Notes under the pieces: generated by a model
The model's input: the letters and a program-made list of their open reading frames with translations, nothing else
What the model was told of the DNA's origin: nothing
The model's database searches: none
Shown here: positions 55,251 to 64,000 of the stretch, in pieces
Layout: each line of letters begins with the position of its first letter
How positions within the stretch are numbered: the first letter of the stretch is position 1
From: Eledone cirrhosa
Lineage: Eukaryota
NCBI GenBank assembly: GCA_964016885.1
Contig: OZ024741.1
Coordinates: 185,876,001 to 185,940,000, forward strand
Length of the DNA stretch: 64,000 bases
Reading direction: 5' to 3'
Position numbers and translations under genes: made by a program

Positions 55251-55287
55251 TTTTACCGGTTGCGCATTTCTAAATGCTTTTCAAAAA
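55251..55287 (-). ncRNA. Variant minimal hammerhead motif in 5' pseudo-LTR
   Basis: Identical to 50439-50475, 4812 nt away and ~190 nt upstream of the ORF1 ATG. Confidence 0.55.
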
Positions 55288-55608
55288 TAATTTTGAGATA
55301 GAGTGTCCGTGCTGTTTGCTCTGATCTGATTAGTTTTGGGAATTCTACCTGTTTTTATGTTAAAAAAATGGCTCCAGCGTTATTTTTGTGTTGCAAAAAT
55401 GCTTGTGGTCAAAACAATTTTGATTGGTCGGTAGCGGTCATGTGAATGTAAAAAGTTGATTTTGCGCCAAGACTGTTTTTATGTTAAAATGTTAGAAAAG
55501 TGGCTCCAGCAAAAATTATGGTCAAAACAATTTTGATTGGTCGGTAGAGGTCATGTGGATAAAAAATTGGTTTTGCGCCAAGATTGAGAAATGACTCTTT
55601 CACAACAA

Positions 55609-55682
<74 letters not shown>

Positions 55683-55749
55683 TAGTAGTAGTAAGGTGTT
55701 CGATGCTGCGACAATAGCCACCAGCGATGTGTGTCAAATGGCTATTAAG

Positions 55750-55787
<38 letters not shown>

Positions 55788-56018
55788 ACATACACACAGC
55801 AGAGTCATTCGAAGGTCAAAAGATATTTTTCAGCTTTTGTCTTATACGGAGAAGTGCGTGTGTGTGTGTGTGTGTGTTTGTATAAGTTTCTTTGTATGTT
55901 GATGTACGCGTGTGTATGTGTTTGTGTATATATGTGTGTGTGTGTGTGTGTGCGTGTGTGGGTGGACCAGTATTTTTTTCCCCCCTGGTAAAATGGTGTA
56001 CATTATTCGATTTTTTCA

Positions 56019-56074
<56 letters not shown>

Positions 56075-57493
56075 TACATATCTTATATATATATATATAT
56101 ATATACACGCACAGACACACACACATACACACATATATATATGTGTATACGGTGTACCTCCCGGGATTCGCGGTCCCGGTTATTCGTGGAATTTTCCTTA
56201 GAACCTAACTAATAATTGTTCATGGAAACCACCGCATATTCATGGAATTGTAAATATCTTCCGCGATTTTTTAGTGCTTTTTCGTGACAATACATATTTT
56301 TTTAACGCTAAATTATTAATAACAATATTCCGTATTTGCCGGCCTTTTTTCCGGCCTATTTGCCGCCACGTGCATATACATATGCACATGCATATGTATA
56401 TGTATATATATATATGTGTGGATGTGTGTGAATATGAGTAAATATGAGTTAGTGTGTATGTGTGTGCGTTACTTGAATTTCAATAAGCATTTACATTTTT
56501 CTATCGCTGATTACTCATAAAGATTATGTATTGATTCTTGCACCATCTGGTAACGGCCACGCCTTAGATAGATATGGGGAAGACCTTATAAATCCCTTTA
56601 ATATACTCGTCACTTACAAACTGCAAGCTTCGTACATGTGCCCTTAACTTAGTTACAAATACACATAATCTCTTTGACAAATCCAATAAACAAAGGGGAA
56701 ATATTGATGCTTAAACTTGTCACTCATTGTTTTTTCAAAATTCTAGCCACCAAATTAGCAGAACAACCTCTCTAGTATCTCTTGTAAAAAAGACAAATTT
56801 TGTATATAGATCGGCCCAATATTACGTCACTGCCTTAACAAATAAAGGCTTCACAGATAACATTAAGTATTTAAAATTCCTGCTTAACAATATATTAACA
56901 AAATATTATCTTGTGCACAACCCCGAACGCGTTAGCCTATTGATAAGAAAACTAAGACCCTTATCTAGTGACATGTAGTCCCAGGAAATTATAATGAGAT
57001 CAAAGAAATTGCATCAAATTCCACATTGAGATATACATTAGTTTTCATTTCAGATCAGCATTCACGCATGTTGGCTGACAGCTTAAGCACATGAAAATTC
57101 CCTTGAATTATCAACTTGATATGTTCTCTGTACATTTCTAATATATTGGCAATTGATTTGACGAGATTTGCCGATCAGAAAAGATAAGGGTATAGGCTTT
57201 ATCTACAATGTCAATAGTTGAGTCTATTACCTGAATCCCAGAGCGACTGCATTTCTAGTCTCAAACTGTTCATGTTGAAAGTTTCTACGTCACTCTTCCT
57301 TGTTGACTATGTTAAATATTAAACAATTGATGTTTGCATAATGCACGCATTTATTTCCTTTGGAGATTTCTTCTGCAGTAACTGGGAGTTCATAAAAGTT
57401 CAGAGTTCCAAACTAAGCCGGCAACATAGTAACAGAATACCGCAATCAATTATTGAGCACATATAGTGGTACAAAATATTTCACAAACTATTT

Positions 57494-57840
57494 TTTACCT
57501 GTTCCAGCCAACCGGCTGATGTCATGCTGGAGTACCGCCCTTGTTGCTACACGTTCTATCTCCAGCCTGTGTTGACTGGCCATTGGTGTAAGAGGGAGTT
57601 CGTTGCTGGTGCCCTTAGGTTACCTTTATAACGTGCTGTGGGCTCATCCGAGATCCTGGATAGCAGGGTGTCAATATGTTTCTTGAAAACATCCACGTCC
57701 ACACTGTGCAGATCTCTCGAATTTCTTGGTAGCTTGTTGAAGAATTGAGGGCCTTTGAACCTCAGGCTATTGCAATATCTGCCACTTATTCTAGATGTGA
57801 AATACGGCGCCTTTGGCACCACACAGTAACGTCATGTTCG
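57494..57840 (-). mobile_element. 3' fragment of the same CR1/L2-group LINE as 1863-4293
   Basis: RDLHSVDVDVFKKHIDTLLSRI.DEPTAR..NLRA.ATNSLL matches ORF 3929-4240. Confidence 0.9.
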
Positions 57841-58194
57841 GTAATATTCATTTCGATGATTTAACGGAATGAGTAATTGTGTGTATCGAATCTATTAATA
57901 TGGGGAAAAGACCAACGCCTATGACCAAAACAATGCTCACAATACTGGAGAGACAAAGGGATATACTCTGTTAAAAGCATCGTAAATGGTGGGTGCAATG
58001 TTAAGTTAGTTTTAATTAATGTTAAGTTAGTTTTAATTAATTATTAATAATAATGAACCCTAAATAATTAAAACTGCATTCTCCGACATAATAGAATTGA
58101 TGGCTGTTATTAAACACACACAGATGCAATTATAACAACAACAACGATAGTAATAAGCATACTAATACTACTAGTAAGTATAACGATAATAGTT

Positions 58195-61100
58195 TCATTT
58201 ATTGGCCAGAAGGGCCGACATATGGAGGCCAATATTATAGACGGGTACAGTGGGGTTTATACACAACAATCGATTAAAAGATATGAAAACAATAACCATC
58301 AAGAAGAAAAATTCAGACAACAGAATACGCCAATATGGAGGGGGATAACCACCCAGAGTTGACTCAGGTACACCACCAATCCTGAACCACACGACGCTTC
58401 GAGGGCACTCGTGAAGGGCACCTCTCTCGTCCTCAAATGCAACAGCCTACAGGGGCCTGTTCAGCGTAGGCCCACTCTAACGGGCCATTCTTGCCACATT
58501 CACACACCTTTTCTGTACTTACAGCACTTCTCTCTCCACCCTCACCTTTCTTTCAAAGTAAAACTTGAAAAAGTTGATGAGGGATTGGCTGAAGAGAAAA
58601 GTTTTTGCCTTTAGTCCTTTCAACCTGGTCCACCATACAACTTCTTTGGCTACTGCCAGCAGCCCGACGAAAAATACCTGCACTTCCCGATCAAAATAAG
58701 GCGGCAGATCGATTTTCACTATTTACTCGGTCAATAGCCAGACCCGCCCTACCCGCGACAACAGCTGTTAGACATAATTCCACAAGCCAGAAATGCATGG
58801 TCACTGGACAAGTGCGTGCAGAACAGTTTCGTCGCTCTGCGCACATCTCGGGCAGGTTCACCTGACAACAGTGTCGTGCCTGTAAAGTTTTCTCGAACCG
58901 AAAGTGCTGCAAGTAGCACTGCCAAGCCAGCAATTTCTGGAAGTTATCCATAGTTCCCGACTTGAAAGTTTTCCGGAACAGACTGGTCAGTTCGACTTCA
59001 TCAACGCCCAGAGCTTCTCCGAATGCGCACTTGCCCACTACTAATCACCTATAGAACTCAAGAGTATAAGTTCTACTGACCATATTGCCCGCCTGGTAGA
59101 AAACAATGAGCGCCTGGGAAAAATCCAGTCTATGTCTCTTCTTGACCCAAGACTGCAGCTCATTCAAAGAGACAAGCTTCAAAAAGGTCTGTCCACATCT
59201 GTTCACCTCTTAGGCAGAACATCTGGAGATGCCTCAGCGCTTGTTTGCACATCATTAGCCACGGCAATCCCAGCCATACATGTAGATGTTGCTGGCAGCA
59301 GATGGACCGCCTTACCACTGGAACATGTCTCTTTCACAAGAATTTAAAAAGTAGCCAGTCCAATTTCGTGAGACGCCAACGGAAGCAAGGCACGGCAGTC
59401 AGGCGTTAGTTGTTGACGCGATGTCCGTGTTCACCACCTTTGCCAGACTTTTCAAGAACAGCTTCCACTCAGCTCACTTCTGGGTGAGAGTGACTACCCT
59501 GTTTCTTAACCTCGTCCCAATTCTATTCTACCTGGAGGTCTGGTTAAAATCAAATCCGGAGCTACTTTACCGTTTTGGCCGTCCAGCGTCCGACGACGCT
59601 GTTGAAAGGGATGGACCTTTCTCTCCAGGTGCCGAGCTGCAAGCTCATCGACTTTTCAGTGTTTAGATTTTCTCCCGTCAACCTTTGATGTTCCTCCAAG
59701 AAGATGCCGCCCACCTCAATTTCCCAGGTGTTCGATATAATCATGATTATGTCGTCCACTTATGCGGACACAGCCTTTCAACGTCCAAGTTCGAGTGGGA
59801 TGCCTTGCAACAGCTCCAGCTTCCACAGTATAGTCTCGATAGTCAATACGTATGGAAGGGCGGAGAGAGGGCACCCTTGGCGGACCGATCAGGAGATTTG
59901 AAACGGTCCCGAAAGATGTCCATTAACTTTTGACCACCAAGCACAATCCACTGTGCATTGCAGTGATCCAGCTGGACCGAAGCTGGTTGATTTTGCCTCC
60001 AAGTAACAATGGCCAACCCAATTGAAAACTGTCGATTGATCTAAATTGACAAGATCCTCACCGAAGCCAGGTTTACAGCAAACACTCCCTATGATATACC
60101 GTAAGTGGTGGAGGTTATCGTGTATGGACCTGGTCGGAATTGCACTTCCCCTAACAAATCCTCGATGACGAGCGCCAATCTTTTCGCTAGAACCTTGGCC
60201 AAAATCTTAAACTCTGTGTGGGGCAGGGTTATGGGCCTGAAGTTATCTAATGCATCTCTCTTGTTCTCGTTTTTCCTTAGAATCACTACTCCCCGGCTCA
60301 CAGAACTGGGAATACTCACGTTGTTGTGGGAGTTGTAATAGAGATCTTCGATCAGATCGGAGAACACGTCTGGCATATTTACGTAAAACACGTCTGGCAG
60401 ACCATCCGAACCGGGTCACTTGCGCCTCGTGTAGGTGACTAGGGCATCCCGAATCTCAGCTGAAATTATCAGGCTTTCGCAGCATCGGACGGCGAGAGAT
60501 AAGGTAGGCCGTCGTGATAGGAACACAATACGACACCGTCACAGGACTCTCCCCTCCCCCCGAACAGCCGAGCAAAGTGCTGGCGAATGACCTCACAACT
60601 CTGCCTGGAATCGTTTCGCTCGCGTTCCTCACATTGTTTTGTTACCACGCTGCTCCTCTACCACGCGGGCCCATCGAATAGCTTTGGTTCCCCCTTTCTT
60701 AGAGCACGCGCTTTTCTTCTGACAATGCAACCTTCGTGTTTCCTATTAAAGAAATGGTCTAATGCCATTCTCGACTCTAGCACCTCATTTTCATTTACAA
60801 TGCCACTCTAAATAGCCTCGTCTAATTTAGATACCAACTCCCACTCCTTTCTATTTTTGTCTAACGCTACTACTTTGCTAAAGCCTATCGACATTACTCT
60901 AATCTCTCTTTTGACAGCCTCCCATCACATATTGTTGACAAGATTCCTGTCAACGTTTGCTTAACTAAGTTGTTGACTCGGTCCCTGTAAGCCTTACGTG
61001 TCGTAAACGTCATGTTCCGCTTCCAGTAACCAGGTCCTAACTTGCGTTTCTTATCTAGCTCGACCTTATAGATCACAAACTTGTGATCTGATTAGGCAGC

Positions 61101-61720
61101 CGTTTGAAAATGTGCACAACTTATACTAACATTATCTATTGATATACTAAAATCCTATCTATATATGATCTAGGTGATCCTATGCAGTTGGTCCAGTTCC
61201 ACACAGGAGAATTAAGGAAACCTATCGTTACTTATCAGACAGTTGGAACTGGCTACATCAGGTACTTGGCGGATTTGCACACTCCACTCCTATCAGTTAC
61301 TCCCACACAATCCCAGCGTGCGGCTAAGATACCGTTCCAGTCCACTGCTTACAGTAAAGAGCGAGACATTACCATAAATGATTCCAGGGGCATACAAAAA
61401 TAAGGCCGTCCGTTTTGTTCCCATCTAGGACCACCAACTTACCATGCGGATCAAGGAAGATCGATATTACCTTGAGATCTAAGCCTTTCCTTAACAGCAC
61501 TGCCACCCCACCTCCTATTCCAGGCCGACTAAGAGATGCGAAGATCTAATACTCGTCGAAAATGGGGGCTAGTGCGCACGTCTTAGATATCCTGGACTCG
61601 CTGACGGCAGTCATCTATGTCTAGTGAGATGAGGTCGTTCAGCCAGCGACCCTGCTTCCAGGATGACTCCAGGCCACGACCATTTAAACATTCCACACTT
61701 AATATGGTAGTTGGCCGGTT
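58195..61720 (-). mobile_element. Degenerate L1/Tx1-like LINE ORF2 (endonuclease to zinc finger)
   Basis: LNGRGL (endonuclease start), SDHK..GPGYWK.N, NFRPITL..EFKILAKVLAKRL, QGCPLS, MDNFQKLLAWQCY; many disruptions. Confidence 0.88.
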
Positions 61721-62703
61721 AAAATAAAGGAGGAAAGGTTTACTTACCTGCCGGAGACATCGCGTAATCCCACCTCCATACTTGGTGAAGTTTAATTTGG
61801 CAACCCATAATCCCTTTGTAGGTGTCGAGCGTCATTTGTTCCAGAAACGAATCATCTGGCACACGAAATGTGCTCATTCTAAATATCTGTATGAGGGCCC
61901 GCAATTCCCCGTTGGCCTCTCTAATAAGGAAGAGGTTTTGAGTGTTTTGTTGTTGTGGTTTTACTTGGTTACCTTTGGCTGATTCAAATGTCCTGTTTAC
62001 TTCATTGTTACGCTATTTGATTGAAAGCCGGAAGTACGAGTCACTGAGAAATATTTCTAGAAATAGCAGTGAAACGCTCTCTTAAAACACAGACCTTACT
62101 TTTCCAAACGGAATAACACATTGACTTGTTTCGTTCTCGATATAATATCTAATAAAGAAATGTTGCATTAACACGGGCAGTGCGCCATTGATCTTAAACA
62201 GGCTTGACCATAGCTGACATTAGGTTAAACAACAATAACAATAATAGCAATCACACGTGGCTGGGTGAAGGGCGATATTGAGTTTTAGGTGATTTGAACT
62301 CAGAAGTTAAGAAAAACATGACTATGCACCACAAAAACATTTGTCCGTCTCTTTAAAGATTGTACAATCCAGTTTACTTCCGTATTAATAAGAATAGTTT
62401 TATTGAAAACGTATCTGGAAATCGGCTTGCAGCCAAACGAACACTGCACGCTTCTCCAGAGTAGAAATTGTATTAAACTTTTTTACTATAATAAACAAAA
62501 TCACGCAAATCCACACATAAATACATACACAAATACACATTTAATTCTTAGCTTACTTAATACTGATTAGTTGTAAAATAAACACAGACACACACAGATA
62601 CACACACACATGCATACATACATACAGACAATCACATCTAAATGATGCATTGCCTAATATGAATACCTCACTTCAAAAATAAACAAAAGCACACACACAC
62701 ACA

Positions 62704-62759
<56 letters not shown>

Positions 62760-63230
62760 TTCATAAAGTCTGACACACACAGTCACACACTTACACACAG
62801 ACACACAGAGAAACCCACAAATACAAAGCAAATAATGTGTTGCCTAATATTAAAACGTAATAGTTAAAAAAACACACAGAGATAAAATATTACTTCCACA
62901 AACACACAGAAACAAAAATAAACTCTCTCTCACACATAGAGACAATTACAGATACAAAAACATACACATATAAACGTACACATACACAGCTAAATGGTCT
63001 GTTCCCTAACACTGGTCTGGCTTGATTCTATCAGACTTAGAAGAGAAATGAAAGAGAAAATTGAATTTGGCAATTTTTCAAGTCAAAGATGATAATGAAT
63101 ATGGGGTTAGGGGCTTATTCCTATGCACTTGCATTCAAACTATCTAAACAACACCCACGAGGGGAATTTCATGTAATTATACAGTATTTCTCTCCCATGA
63201 GGGGAAGAAGCATGCATCTCCCTCTCTCTC

Positions 63231-63311
<81 letters not shown>

Positions 63312-63336
63312 CACACACACACATATATATATATAT

Positions 63337-63379
<43 letters not shown>

Positions 63380-64000
63380 ATGTGTGTGTGTGTGTTTATT
63401 TATTCATCTTTTTTTTCGTTACTGTTTCGAAATAGAAAAATGAGAAAAAGTTAGTCAACAAACAAAAGATGAAAATTATAAAGGAAACTCTGAAATTAAA
63501 AAAAAAGAAATAGATAAGGAAAAATAGACGAGGTGGTGGGGAAGGAGTTAAGGGCAGAACATTGAAGATAGAAATGGAAAATTTTAAAACTAAATTGAAA
63601 TGGAAAAAGAAGCTATATCATTCGCTTCTTTTATTTGGTTTTTATATTTTACATGTTTTCTTTATCTAGGTTTATTATTGAGAATTGTTGATTTTTTTAA
63701 AAATTAATATTGTTTCTTTGTTACTTGGGTTTATGGAAATTTTTGGGGGTGACTTTTTTTTTTAATGTAATTAACGCCGTAAGAGATTGGCTGTTGAAAC
63801 ACACGAACAATGCATACATTCACATATATACATACATTGACAAAGGAGAGAAGGTAATGTAAAGAAAGTGGGTGGTGCTTTCTGCCCCTGTAGAATTAAT
63901 GGTGCACATGTCTTTAGAATCACACCTGAAGTCACGGTACGCACATTAAGCCTTTTCTCACAAAGTTAATCCCCCTAAGAGATTTATTTAATACAGTAAA

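Overview
AT-rich eukaryotic, repeat-dominated DNA with no recognisable host protein-coding gene. The SINE family and the dense (TA)n/(CA)n tracts suggest a cephalopod, probably Octopus, intron or intergenic region (inference). Conventional content: a hAT transposase remnant, degenerate LINEs (CR1/L2-like, RTE, L1/Tx1-like, and an R4/Dong-like copy in (TAA)n), many tRNA-derived SINEs, Helitron ends and microsatellites. The notable system is a set of Penelope-like retroelements (PLEs) and hammerhead ribozymes (HHRs) inserted in (TA)n. (i) A nearly intact Neptune-like PLE at 50277-56020 (-) has pseudo-LTRs carrying a variant minimal HHR. Its upstream coiled-coil ORF joins the RT/GIY-YIG frame at an in-frame U UUU UUA heptamer. 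(ii) At least five unrelated small non-coding element families have inverted or tandem PLE-type architecture and carry type I HHRs that fold by eye. Two of these use the compensatory U3-A8 core, and one tandem array would release a 530-nt monomer between two ribozymes (retrozyme-like). All structures were read by eye; no searches or folding programs were run.
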